64,000 bases of DNA from the NCBI GenBank assembly GCA_026418195.1, contig JAOABU010000063.1:4113-68112 (forward strand), read 5' to 3'. The position numbers were made by a program, and so were the translations under genes. The notes beneath the pieces were generated by a model. That model was not told where the DNA came from. It worked only from the letters and a program-made list of their open reading frames with translations, and ran no database searches. Source of the stretch: Spirochaetota bacterium (GTDB taxonomy: Bacteria; Spirochaetota; Spirochaetia; DTKZ01). Of the stretch, positions 9,791 through 19,877 are shown one piece after another; position 1 is the stretch's first letter, and each line of letters begins with the position of its first letter.

Positions 9791-11761
9791 TTAGAGCTCT
9801 TGTAACTCGTCAGACCCGCCTCGCTTTTTCGGGGGTGTTACATCTGCTTTCCCCTTCACCTCTTCTTTGGATTCCTCTCCCGTCGCATATTTCGGGGTTT
9901 CCTTCGGAAGGGTTTTCACGATAGGCTCGTCAATTTCAGAGGTGAAGTGCTGCGTAATATCTTCCCGCACAGTAGATCGTCTGCGCTTGAAGGTAGCGAA
10001 GGCAGCATCCTGGAATCCTTTGGAAATTCCATGGAGGAACTCGTTCAACACGTTAGCCATCTGCATCAATGTGTATTTCTTCCGTTTAATGCTGGTAATA
10101 TTGATATCCAGAAGGAGCCCAGGCTGGATATGGTACGGATTGATCAAGTAATCGAACGCCTCGAACTCTTTTTCCAGGAAATCAACCCTCTGATCCAGGA
10201 TCACTCGAGTCTGGGGATTCTGGTACCCATAGATGATTTTGATCTTTTCCCTGCACTTAGCCAGCATTTTCTTGTACAGGTTCTTCTCGTACAGGTAGGT
10301 TCGGTTCAGTCGTTCTACATCGGTCTCCTCTGCTTTAATTAAAGTGATCTCGTTCCACACCTTTTCGATTTCTTCGTAGAGTGGTTCGGTGCTTTCTTTT
10401 TTCGCTTTCGCTCTCCGGATTCTCCCCGCTACCTTTCGGCTTAAATCTTCGAAATCGTTCACCTTGAAGCTGGACTTGCTGCTCTGATAAATCGCTTCTA
10501 CTACGTCCCACAGATGCTGAATTTCGTTCTTGAAGGACTCCATCTGTTTGTCGTAGGCGGCTTGTTCCTTCTGTAGTTGTTCCGCATCGTAATACTTGAG
10601 GCGAATCACATACCGTTCATCGGGAAGGTTTGCTTCATTCACATCCTCATACTCGCGAATGATCAGTTCCCTTGCATTCTTTAAGTTTTCAATGTACTGG
10701 TAGCCCATCTTGCTGGTATCGAGGATCGAGGTAAGGGAGTTCACCGCTGTGTTGAATCCACGATTTCGGATATTCTCCAGATCTACGATCTTCTTTAAGT
10801 TTTCCCGAATATTGAGGGGATCGAACTCCTTTGGATCGATCTCTGCTCGAAGTCCTTCGATTTTATCCATTAGGTTCTTAGCAAGGAACGTGTACCGTTT
10901 GGACTTTTCATTCTCCACGTCGTCATCTGTATAGTTGGGAACCCGTTTCATTTTCTCAAAGAGGAGCTCCGTATCCTGCAACTCTTCCTTTCCTTCATCC
11001 ACCAGCTGCTCCTGTAGAGCTTCCACTTCTTTTTCGATGAAGTTGATGATGGTTCGGGAAATTTGATCCTTGATGATATACTCTACCGTTGCCTGATACT
11101 GGAAAATCGGGCTAATCAACTCGGAATCAAGGATGTTCACGGATAACTTTACATCCGTTACGGTTTTGGGCTTGGTCAGGTTGTCTTTGAAAGCACACTT
11201 GACCACGGAATATGCATTCTCACCCCGGATGAAAGCACCTACATCCGTCTTCTGCCTCAACAGCGAGTTCGTCTCGTTCTCTAAGTCGTTTAACCCTCTC
11301 TGGATATGACCATGGAGGTGGCCGTACATGTTCACGATGGATTTTTCGATTTCACCCGTATTGAACTTGTCTGCACCGGCAATCTGATCCAGCATCTCGG
11401 CGATCTCTTTGGGAGAATACCGAGCAAGAGTTTTGCTTTCCTCTTTGTCGATGAAGTTGCGGATCTTCTTTACCATCTCGTCTTCTGCGGTGACGATGTA
11501 CCGGTTGAACATATTTTGGTAGTTCTGGTTGAAGTAGTTATAGAGTTTCTCCTTCAACCCCCCCATCACGTCCAACTTTTCCAATACTTCTTTGGGGAGT
11601 TTTGTCTGAATTACATTTAGAATATTCTCTGTTTCTTCCCGGATAACTTGTTCGAATTCCTCTTTCTGCCTTCGGCCTTCCTGAGCTAAACTGTTCCTGG
11701 ACCCTACAGCCGATGGTTTAGTAGGATGAAATACATTCGGGCTCCTGGATATATCTGACAT
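9791..11761 (-). CDS. cfpA: Cytoplasmic filament protein A
   Basis: [21 protein letters not shown] and [26 protein letters not shown] match the treponemal CfpA sequence as I recall it. GGAGGAG RBS before ATG 11761. Confidence 0.93.
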   Translation of the reverse strand: MSDISRSPNVFHPTKPSAVGSRNSLAQEGRRQKEEFEQVIREETENILNVIQTKLPKEVLEKLDVMGGLKEKLYNYFNQNYQNMFNRYIVTAEDEMVKKIRNFIDKEESKTLARYSPKEIAEMLDQIAGADKFNTGEIEKSIVNMYGHLHGHIQRGLNDLENETNSLLRQKTDVGAFIRGENAYSVVKCAFKDNLTKPKTVTDVKLSVNILDSELISPIFQYQATVEYIIKDQISRTIINFIEKEVEALQEQLVDEGKEELQDTELLFEKMKRVPNYTDDDVENEKSKRYTFLAKNLMDKIEGLRAEIDPKEFDPLNIRENLKKIVDLENIRNRGFNTAVNSLTSILDTSKMGYQYIENLKNARELIIREYEDVNEANLPDERYVIRLKYYDAEQLQKEQAAYDKQMESFKNEIQHLWDVVEAIYQSSKSSFKVNDFEDLSRKVAGRIRRAKAKKESTEPLYEEIEKVWNEITLIKAEETDVERLNRTYLYEKNLYKKMLAKCREKIKIIYGYQNPQTRVILDQRVDFLEKEFEAFDYLINPYHIQPGLLLDINITSIKRKKYTLMQMANVLNEFLHGISKGFQDAAFATFKRRRSTVREDITQHFTSEIDEPIVKTLPKETPKYATGEESKEEVKGKADVTPPKKRGGSDELQEL

Positions 11762-11813
11762 ATACAACTCCTCCCTAAAAAATTTCTGGGGCAATCCCCG
11801 AGTTTCCTAATAC

Positions 11814-11841
11814 AGTATAGTACATCTTCAAAGAAAAACAA
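11814..11841 (-). promoter_or_regulatory. Putative promoter of the cfpA operon
   Basis: TTGTTT-N16-TATACT on the minus strand in the 100-bp intergenic gap. Confidence 0.5.
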
Positions 11842-11861
11842 TACAGTACCTTTAACTGCTA

Positions 11862-14525
11862 CTACCTATACACCACCTCCTTCTTTTTACTATTCAAATA
11901 TTCCACAAACGCTTTGCAGTGGGACTCTTGCTGAAGCCCCGCAATAACTCCTTCCAGTTCAGACTTTTTATCCTTCGGGACTACCGATTCTAATGTAGGA
12001 CCTAGGTAGAGTTTCAAGATCCCAATCCCTTTTGCCACTTCCTGTTCGATGTATCGGGTGGTAATACCCCAGAGTGTATCCCCACGTTTCACGACATAAA
12101 GGGAAGAATCGGGTAGTTTGAATTGGTTGCCAGGATAGATCCAGTTAGGATCCGGCCGCAAATCTTTCGGCGAGTCCAATCGTCGGTACCCATTAGCGTC
12201 TGCAATCTCGTTTACCAGGTAGAACACATCCATCACCGTGATCGAAATATTCCCAAGGGGAGGAATATTTGCCGTATAGGTAGAAGGAAATGCATCTACT
12301 TCCTTTTTCTCTTCCGCTCCTTTCTGTGCGATAGGACTCTTTTGTACAGGTGCATCTTGTTGATCCCGCCCTAGTTGAGCCTTCCCCTGAACTTGAACTT
12401 CTTTGGGTCCCTCGGAAGGTTCTCCCGCCTTTAAAAGAATATTCCCTTTTCCTATGGGTTCATCTGTTTTAGTAGTGGTGGATGTCTTATCTTCCTCTTG
12501 TTTCAGGGATTCGCTTTTTCCCGAAGTACCATTAGGTGCTATAGATTGTTCGTGTAGCGTTTGGGTAGTAGACGTACTTCTTCCTATCCCATGAGGAAAC
12601 AGATCGAATTGCCATAGGGCAACCATTAAACCAGAGAGGAATAGCCCTCCTAATAGGTACAGACCCCATCCCCGAATGAATATCTTCTGGTCTTCGGAAG
12701 ATTCCCCTTTTGAAACGGCTCCCCCTAGTTCATCCTTTGAAGGTCGCATGGGGAAAGGGGGCGTTGGAGATGAAAGACTCGAAGGGGTTGCCAGCGAGGG
12801 GGTAGACTTTGGTTGGACAAGCTGTTGGGTAGAGGGTTGCGGGGATCGCGGCTCTGTATGTGAAAGATTCGATGTTGGAGATTGGAAGCTCGCTGTTGTC
12901 GCTGGTTGAGTTCCCACGGCTCTCTTGACCCGCTTAGGGGGAACCTGATGAAGGTGTTCCAGAAACCTTAACAAACGGTCCCGTTCCTGTACGAAGAACG
13001 TCTCCTCCTTTAAGGAGGTTCGTATCTTATCGATATTCTCGATCGATTTATTAGCCTGTAAGAGTTTTAAAGGAGTGAGACGCCCTTCGATTTGATAGAA
13101 GAGATGCATCCCGTTGGGGAACACCCAGAAATCCCCTACAAAGGGAATACACCCTTCTCGATCTTCAGGAAGCTGATACAAGAAAGAGTTCTTGGCCTTC
13201 CTCCTCCATCGTTCCCACACTGTTCCCTTGTTTGAAGGATCAATACTTCTAGAGAGAGTTTCTAAATTCCAAATCAGGTAGGGAATTACAGCCTTCATTT
13301 CATTTAAAGGAAGTTCCCGAATCAGGAGAGGCTCCAAAGATTCAAAAGAAGATATACGAGGAGAGCCTTTTTTCCATTGTTCCTGGATTAGGTTCAACGT
13401 GGAAACCATCATTCTCCACCAATCCTGTTCCAGTAGGTTTCCCACCTCAGCACAATTCTTGGCTATATTCACTCCATACGTAGCAAGTAGAGTTAAAGGA
13501 GAAGGAAGGGGTGAGGAATGAAACCGATAAGGTATGTTTCCTAAGATTCTTGTACCGATGGGTAGTCCCTTGTTTTCCAATGCTTTTTGTAAGTTGTTTC
13601 TCTCATGGGAGAAACCAGAAGAAAGATTGAACGCAATTCCAAAGGGAGAAGGAAACTCGACCGATCCTCCTTCCCCACAGAACCTGAATCCCTGGAGATG
13701 GAAACACCCTGATGCATCAGGTTCAATCGCAAAGAGGGAAGTATCCATTCCTGAAAAAAGATTTATAATGCTTCGAAGTTGTTCGATCCGGTGGGAAGCT
13801 ACCCGAAATTCCTTCTTTATAGCTACCGAGCGTTTCAACTTTTGCAGGATTCCTTCTTCAAACTGTTCTTCGATGCACCACTGGAGCATGTCTGGATCGA
13901 TCCCTGCTCGGGAAAGGGACCAGAGGAAGTCTTTGGGCACATGCACTACCCCCAATCGACCTTCATGAAAGAAATAGATTTGTTGCCCGAGAAGAATAAA
14001 CCCTGGATTCTGGAATACCCTGGCCAAGTATCGTAGAGGGTTATCCTTGACAAAGGAACTTACCCGTTCTGCAAGATAAACGAAGTGAAGATCCTCCGCT
14101 TCCCGCTGCCTGAGGTTGAAAAGTTCATCCCCATTGTGGTGTACATGAAGATTCCCATTCTTAAAAAAGAAAACGATAGATTTCCCTTTTTGGGGAGGAG
14201 ATTCTACAGTTTCGTACTCGAACTCGGCCACTGGAAGGTTTTTTTCGTTTAAAAATTGCTTAAGCCTTTCGATACGGACAGGATCCCCTACGAAACGGGT
14301 TTCCCCATTCAGGGGTAATTCTACATTCTCATGTTCTAGAAAGGGGTTTCCTGTATAGTTATCCGTTACGAGAACTGTAGATACATATTTCTTGATTTCT
14401 TCTGGCAACTTGGCGCTGTTCCCGATACGCAAGAAAGGTCGATACTCCGTGTGGGAACTCCCTAGATAGATGAGGTAACATTCACCATCGATATGGAAAA
14501 CCCGTTCAGCCGGATTTTCTATCAT
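11862..14525 (-). CDS. Large single-pass membrane protein with a C-terminal LysM-like peptidoglycan-binding region
   Basis: About 530-aa N-terminal domain, Pro/Ser/Thr linker, TM helix (WGLYLLGGLFLSGLMVALW), charged linker, then DPNWIYPGNQFKLP and YVVKRGDTLWGI LysM motifs. Confidence 0.8.
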   Translation of the reverse strand: MIENPAERVFHIDGECYLIYLGSSHTEYRPFLRIGNSAKLPEEIKKYVSTVLVTDNYTGNPFLEHENVELPLNGETRFVGDPVRIERLKQFLNEKNLPVAEFEYETVESPPQKGKSIVFFFKNGNLHVHHNGDELFNLRQREAEDLHFVYLAERVSSFVKDNPLRYLARVFQNPGFILLGQQIYFFHEGRLGVVHVPKDFLWSLSRAGIDPDMLQWCIEEQFEEGILQKLKRSVAIKKEFRVASHRIEQLRSIINLFSGMDTSLFAIEPDASGCFHLQGFRFCGEGGSVEFPSPFGIAFNLSSGFSHERNNLQKALENKGLPIGTRILGNIPYRFHSSPLPSPLTLLATYGVNIAKNCAEVGNLLEQDWWRMMVSTLNLIQEQWKKGSPRISSFESLEPLLIRELPLNEMKAVIPYLIWNLETLSRSIDPSNKGTVWERWRRKAKNSFLYQLPEDREGCIPFVGDFWVFPNGMHLFYQIEGRLTPLKLLQANKSIENIDKIRTSLKEETFFVQERDRLLRFLEHLHQVPPKRVKRAVGTQPATTASFQSPTSNLSHTEPRSPQPSTQQLVQPKSTPSLATPSSLSSPTPPFPMRPSKDELGGAVSKGESSEDQKIFIRGWGLYLLGGLFLSGLMVALWQFDLFPHGIGRSTSTTQTLHEQSIAPNGTSGKSESLKQEEDKTSTTTKTDEPIGKGNILLKAGEPSEGPKEVQVQGKAQLGRDQQDAPVQKSPIAQKGAEEKKEVDAFPSTYTANIPPLGNISITVMDVFYLVNEIADANGYRRLDSPKDLRPDPNWIYPGNQFKLPDSSLYVVKRGDTLWGITTRYIEQEVAKGIGILKLYLGPTLESVVPKDKKSELEGVIAGLQQESHCKAFVEYLNSKKKEVVYR

Positions 14526-14604
14526 GCGATATAATATACTGCATTTTTCCTATTTGGTCATTGGGAGACTGTTAATTTTCTAGGAGAAATACTACAATGC
14601 TTCT

Positions 14605-15753
14605 ATGATTCGCTGCGAGAGTTCCTACAGAAAAATTATTCCCATTGCCAGTGGCAAGGGAGGAGTAGGGAAAACCGTACTAGCTGCCAACCTAGGAATT
14701 GCTCTGGGAAAAGCAGGCTTCCGAACGATCTTGGTAGATCTAGATCTCGGCGGTTCTAACCTCCATTCTGTATTGGGCATCAAGAATAAATTCCCTGGTA
14801 TTGGTAACTTTATCTCTGGGAAAACTCTTTCTTTCAAAGAGATCATCCTGCGCACCGAATACCCAAACCTATTCTTTATTCCGGGGGATGTTCTGGTACC
14901 GGGTGCAGCAGATATCAATTACCTTCAGCGAAAGCGTATCCTAGACAACCTTCTGAAATTGGAAACTGATTACATACTTCTCGATCTTGGTTCAGGAACC
15001 CATTCCAGCACTCTGGATTTTTTTCTCAGTTCCAATGCAGGAATTCTGGTTGCCGTTCCCCAGGTGCCTTCCATTCTAAATACCTATAGCTTTCTGAAGA
15101 ATGCTCTTTTTCGATTACTTTCTCGGATCTTCGCCAAGCAGAAGGAAATCTCAGAATACCTGAAATCCCTCCAAAAGGAAGCACAACCCAATTCCATTCC
15201 CGGCACAGGTAAGATCCTACAGGAGATAGAACGGATGAACCCCGAAGCCTGCGCTACCGCCAAACAGATATTGCAGGCCTTCAAGCCTCACCTGATTGTA
15301 AACATGGCTAAGCATCCTGATGATCTAGCTATCGTGGAGAGTTTAAGGAACCTGGTGCAAAAGAATTTGGAAATTCCCTTCGGATGTCTGGGAATCGTGT
15401 TTCGGGATGATCAAGTTCATGAATCCATTGAACAGATGCGTCCCCTTCTACACCTAGCTCCCGAACGACTTGTATCGAAGCAAATTCTCCGGATGGCAGA
15501 AAAAATCCTCCAGTCGAAGAACTTTCCTGATTTACCCCTCGATCTATCCCAGTACAAGGATTCTTTCGAACTTGCCGAGATTGAAGCCCACTATGACCTA
15601 GCAGAAACTACCAGTACCGAAAACGGCAAGAAACAGGAAGAAGCATTGACTCCCGAAGAGTTCCTAACTGTACTCACTGCCCAACAGAAGAAAATCAACG
15701 AACTCCAGGGCACTATCCGAATGCTCACCCTACGAGGAAGACAAGAACCTTAA
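14605..15753 (+). CDS. MinD/FlhG/ParA-family P-loop ATPase with a C-terminal extension
   Basis: Deviant Walker A SGKGGVGKT, DLDLGGSNL, LLDLGSG and IVNMA. Coiled-coil-like C-terminal tail. Confidence 0.88.
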   Translation: MIRCESSYRKIIPIASGKGGVGKTVLAANLGIALGKAGFRTILVDLDLGGSNLHSVLGIKNKFPGIGNFISGKTLSFKEIILRTEYPNLFFIPGDVLVPGAADINYLQRKRILDNLLKLETDYILLDLGSGTHSSTLDFFLSSNAGILVAVPQVPSILNTYSFLKNALFRLLSRIFAKQKEISEYLKSLQKEAQPNSIPGTGKILQEIERMNPEACATAKQILQAFKPHLIVNMAKHPDDLAIVESLRNLVQKNLEIPFGCLGIVFRDDQVHESIEQMRPLLHLAPERLVSKQILRMAEKILQSKNFPDLPLDLSQYKDSFELAEIEAHYDLAETTSTENGKKQEEALTPEEFLTVLTAQQKKINELQGTIRMLTLRGRQEP

Positions 15754-15831
15754 TCATCCCACCATCCTTCTGAAAACGCCCTCACTCGTACAGGTTGTGG
15801 CTTAGCAGGATGCTGAAGTCCACGCGATTGC

Positions 15832-16734
15832 TTACGGTTTCCAAAGTTGTGGGGGGTATTCCCCGGAGGCAATCAATTGATTGATCTTTTCTTTCACAAC
15901 GGGCTTGTCAGCTTGGTACGTAATCCCAAACCAGGAGGAAGTAGAAGGAAGAACCTTCACCCGAATCTCCTTCCGTTGCACCAGTTTCCCTATCACCCGA
16001 GGAATATAACATTCCGACTTTGGATCTTTTCCATCTGTTTTTAGGAAATCAAGAAACTCACGCTCGATTAACGGAAAAAGGGATGGGGTGAATCCAAACA
16101 TGTTCATGGAAGCGAACTCTTTTCCCGTGAACGTTCCAGGTTGGGAAGGTTCGATACTCTCGATTTTACCGTTCTTTTTTATGATCTTCACGTACTCTTC
16201 TACGGAGAGCAGATACCCAGCCGAGTCCACCGAGCAGATACCCCGACTTACACTGCCATGCTCTGAAAGAGTATTTTCCAACCGGTACCCAACCAGGGCA
16301 AAGTCTTTAGAGTCTACAGGCAGCTGGGAAAGGTAGGACTGAAGGATCTCGTACGCATTCCGACCATAAAAATCATCCGCATTGATCACCGCGAATGGAT
16401 TCTTCACTACCTCCCGAACCCGGAGGATCGCATGGGTCGTACCCCAGGGTTTCGTACGTCCTTCAGGTATCGAGAACCCAACAGGGATATCTTCCAGTTC
16501 CTGGTAGACAATTTGATAGGGAACATTGGAAAAACGCCCCTTGCAGAAAGCTCGGAAATCTGCATCGATAGACTGTCGTATAATGAACACCACATCCTGG
16601 AATCCGGCCCGAAGGGCATCGTACACTGAATAGTCCAGTAGCGCTTCTCCGCTGGGACCTACAGGATCGATCTGTTTGATTCCCCCATATCGGGAACCCA
16701 TTCCAGCAGCCATTACCACTAAAGTAGGTTTCAT
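15832..16734 (-). CDS. Sugar-phosphate nucleotidyltransferase family protein
   Basis: LVVMAAGMGSRYGGIKQ, RTKPWGT and VINADDFYG motifs. Confidence 0.9.
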   Translation of the reverse strand: MKPTLVVMAAGMGSRYGGIKQIDPVGPSGEALLDYSVYDALRAGFQDVVFIIRQSIDADFRAFCKGRFSNVPYQIVYQELEDIPVGFSIPEGRTKPWGTTHAILRVREVVKNPFAVINADDFYGRNAYEILQSYLSQLPVDSKDFALVGYRLENTLSEHGSVSRGICSVDSAGYLLSVEEYVKIIKKNGKIESIEPSQPGTFTGKEFASMNMFGFTPSLFPLIEREFLDFLKTDGKDPKSECYIPRVIGKLVQRKEIRVKVLPSTSSWFGITYQADKPVVKEKINQLIASGEYPPQLWKP

Positions 16735-16779
16735 ACGGTCTATATACAGGAAAACCTCCATTCTCGCAAGCGATTCCAG

Positions 16780-17559
16780 CTACGGGTGAGCTTTCCATGC
16801 GCAACCAAGGTAGCATAAACCTGTATATTTAGTGGTGTGGCATTTAAAAAACTTGCACAGTTTCTCATACCCAATTTGTTGTTTAACCCTTTTTCTAAGG
16901 AGAAGAATATGATAGAGAAAGTTCCATCCCGGCATAATTCCCACGATTTCCTTTACCTGAAATCCCAAAGCTTTCAACGTCTTTAGAAGTTCCTCCGGTT
17001 TGATAAAATTTTCCCAACAATGTATGTTTCTGGGAATGATGCTGGTAAACTCACATTCCTGTAAGAGAAACACCACCACAAAGAAACTGAGTAGAGTTCT
17101 ATTGATGGTTTCGAAAAATAGCCACCCCCCTGGTCGTAATACTCGTTTCACTTCTTTTAGCACCTCTTGGTAATCGTTCATGTGTTCTAAGACATCACAA
17201 CAGAACACTATGTCGAAGAAGGAATCAGGGAAAGGAATCCTCTCTCCTATACCTTCTAAGTATTCAATACGCAGACCGATCTTTTCCGCATGAGAACGTG
17301 CAGCTTCCAAACTAGCTAAAGAAGGATCTATCCCTACTATTTTCAACCCGTACTTGGCAATTTCCTCTGTGAGAAATCCACCCCCGCATCCCACATCTAG
17401 CACCTGTAACCCTTCAAAGGATAGGTACTCCATTCCTAAATGCTCCAATACATACTGTAAACGAAGAGGATGCACTGTATAACGGATCAGCATCAAAGGG
17501 CTGTCCTCTCCTGACCACCAGTGTTTTGCTTCCCTATCATAAAACTTATTGTCTATCAT
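16780..17559 (-). CDS. UbiG-like class I SAM-dependent O-methyltransferase
   Basis: VLDVGCGGGFL, CDVLEH, FFETINRT and FIKPEEL motifs. The start is more plausibly ATG 17559 than the ORF-track 17673. Confidence 0.82.
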   Translation of the reverse strand: MIDNKFYDREAKHWWSGEDSPLMLIRYTVHPLRLQYVLEHLGMEYLSFEGLQVLDVGCGGGFLTEEIAKYGLKIVGIDPSLASLEAARSHAEKIGLRIEYLEGIGERIPFPDSFFDIVFCCDVLEHMNDYQEVLKEVKRVLRPGGWLFFETINRTLLSFFVVVFLLQECEFTSIIPRNIHCWENFIKPEELLKTLKALGFQVKEIVGIMPGWNFLYHILLLRKRVKQQIGYEKLCKFFKCHTTKYTGLCYLGCAWKAHP

Positions 17560-17599
17560 TCCTTGCCCTTTAGATCCTGTTCCTAGTATATTTTCGGAT

Positions 17600-18613
17600 A
17601 TGATCCTGTACAACCCCGAATGTACTATGCCGTTAATTGATTTTGGCATCCTCATTCCTATCCAGTACGACAAGCAGGAACGGGTATTTCAAGCTTTAAA
17701 AGAAGGTACATTAGCTCGGTTTCCTGAATCCCAGTGGCATCGAGTTCCTTCCTGTACCGGGATCAAGCGAGAAGATCTTCTCCGAGTACATACTCCTTCC
17801 TATGTAGATAGATTGTTTTCTCCTGCTGTTGAAAAAGAAGCCCTTCGAACGTTTGAACTAGTAGATTCTAACGGCACCTTTCATCGGTATGATCCGTCCC
17901 AAGCAAAACGTCCTTTATCCGATCTGCTTACCCGGGCACTCGCCATTGTCCAGGGCACTTATGAAACCTGTCTAACCGCTCTTGAAAAAGGATTCGCCTA
18001 TTTCCTAGGAGGAGGGATGCACCATGCAGTTCCAGACTACGGGTCTGGTTTCTGTTTGGTGAACGATCTCGTGATCGCTCTGAGAAAGATCCAGGACGAG
18101 GGCAAAATCCAACAAGCATGGATCATCGATGTGGATGCTCATAAAGGGGATGGAACCGCAGTGATTACCTATGGGGACCCTACTATCCGAACTTTGAGCA
18201 TACATATGGCCCATGGCTGGCCTTTAGATGCTCCTGAGTATGATGTTCAGGGAAGGTACAATCCTTCCTATACCCCCAGCGATATCGACATTGGAATCGA
18301 CTCGGGTGAAGAGCCCCTCTACACAACGAAACTGAAAGAGGGATTGTATCGATTGGAACAATTCGGTCTACCAGACCTCGCCCTAGTAGTGGATGGATCG
18401 GATCCGTTTGAAAAGGATGAATTGGAGTCCACACGACTTCTCGCTCTTTCCGAAGAGACTCTATTAGAACGGGACTTGCTGATATATAGGTTTCTCACCG
18501 AACGGAACATCCCTTCTGCATGGGTTATGGCCGGAGGATATGGGAAGGAGTCCTGGAAGATCTATGTGAACTTTCTTGGAACAGTCCTCCCTGAAAGGTT
18601 ATCGCATAATTAA
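17600..18613 (+). CDS. Histone deacetylase-family zinc hydrolase
   Basis: GGGMHHA, GFCLVND, DVDAHKGDGT, GSDP and GGY motifs. Confidence 0.92.
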   Translation: MILYNPECTMPLIDFGILIPIQYDKQERVFQALKEGTLARFPESQWHRVPSCTGIKREDLLRVHTPSYVDRLFSPAVEKEALRTFELVDSNGTFHRYDPSQAKRPLSDLLTRALAIVQGTYETCLTALEKGFAYFLGGGMHHAVPDYGSGFCLVNDLVIALRKIQDEGKIQQAWIIDVDAHKGDGTAVITYGDPTIRTLSIHMAHGWPLDAPEYDVQGRYNPSYTPSDIDIGIDSGEEPLYTTKLKEGLYRLEQFGLPDLALVVDGSDPFEKDELESTRLLALSEETLLERDLLIYRFLTERNIPSAWVMAGGYGKESWKIYVNFLGTVLPERLSHN

Positions 18614-19762
18614 TTAGGATCCCATCCATTGGGAAGGTTCTGGCCAATCAACGCGTTTCTGTTGGAAAATCTTCAAGGGATCTATTAGCACAAACAGAGG
18701 TTCCCCTCCCAATAGAATAGAAGGGACAAGTTTCCAATCAGCTGCTAGTTCCGCTTCGTGTCGATCGACCCAGATAGCCCCCCAGTTACCCCTGCCCCCT
18801 GCGCGGTAGAGCACCATAAGAAAAGGATCTTCCCCTACAGAGCGTCGAACTCCCACAAGTCTTGTTTCGTAACCTATCCGAGTCAGCACATCATAGAAGA
18901 GGAGTGCCTTTTCCTCATCTCTCCCTTTCTTACGCACGATAAGTTCTTCTGGAACTTGGAATCCTCCGATATCTCCAGGTTCTAAGATCCGATTCACCTC
19001 GTTCCAGAGGTTTTTAGAGAAACTGCCCGCTAAACGATGCACCCTGAGAATGAAGGAATGATACGCCGATTTATTCACTTGGATGGGTCTATAGGATACT
19101 AAAGGAAGGGAACTTTCTGCCTCTACCCTATCAGGAAGGTTCTGTAAAAGACCACAACCATCGTGGATTCCCAACAAAGGCTGAAAAGTGTCCCCGACCA
19201 ACGTAGCTGCCAAAAGGACCTCGTCGAACGTGATGGTATCAAGCCAAGGCTCGAAGATATTTTCTGCAGCATGGATCCGTACCACATAGTTCTTCTGGTA
19301 CGCCTCCCGTACTTCTCTTCGGTTGGTAGGATCCTTTGCATAGGTGCGATCGATTAACGCAAAGATCTTTTCATTTGGTTTTTCTAACGAAAAGGAAACC
19401 TGCAATCGAAGGGACGGATCGAAGTACGTATAGACTGTACGATTCCCTCTCTTCTCCCCCCAAATCCAGCTAGGATCCATCCAGCGTTCTTGGAAGCCTT
19501 CCAGAAACTTTCGCAACCCTTGTTCTATCTTGGCATCCACTAGAACTGCAGTGAGAGCCCCATCTGGGTCTGCTACAGAAAGGGTACGAGCAGAAGTGAA
19601 CTCGTGAAAAGAAACAATACGCACTCCCTGCCGTTTCCACGATTTACCAAAGTCCCTAGGGGAAGCGTCGGAATAGATCATCACTCGATCCTCTTCTCCG
19701 CTCCAGAGGGGAAATGGATCAACTATAAGAAAGGTTAAAAGGAGCAATACTATCTGTGCCAT
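18614..19762 (-). CDS. Secreted hypothetical protein, possibly with a degenerate transglutaminase-like C-terminal domain
   Basis: Hydrophobic N-terminal signal. KGRDEEKALLFYDVLTRIGYETRLV resembles the GDCEDxA motif but lacks the Cys. Confidence 0.6.
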   Translation of the reverse strand: MAQIVLLLLTFLIVDPFPLWSGEEDRVMIYSDASPRDFGKSWKRQGVRIVSFHEFTSARTLSVADPDGALTAVLVDAKIEQGLRKFLEGFQERWMDPSWIWGEKRGNRTVYTYFDPSLRLQVSFSLEKPNEKIFALIDRTYAKDPTNRREVREAYQKNYVVRIHAAENIFEPWLDTITFDEVLLAATLVGDTFQPLLGIHDGCGLLQNLPDRVEAESSLPLVSYRPIQVNKSAYHSFILRVHRLAGSFSKNLWNEVNRILEPGDIGGFQVPEELIVRKKGRDEEKALLFYDVLTRIGYETRLVGVRRSVGEDPFLMVLYRAGGRGNWGAIWVDRHEAELAADWKLVPSILLGGEPLFVLIDPLKIFQQKRVDWPEPSQWMGS

Positions 19763-19877
19763 TCAGCTATACTATAATTCCATCCCTCCTACCAAGCAAG
19801 GGGACAACGGATGGTTTGTGGAATGCTCTGGTGACAAAAGACTTGCTTCGAACCTAGGGTTTTACTACATTTAGGCC

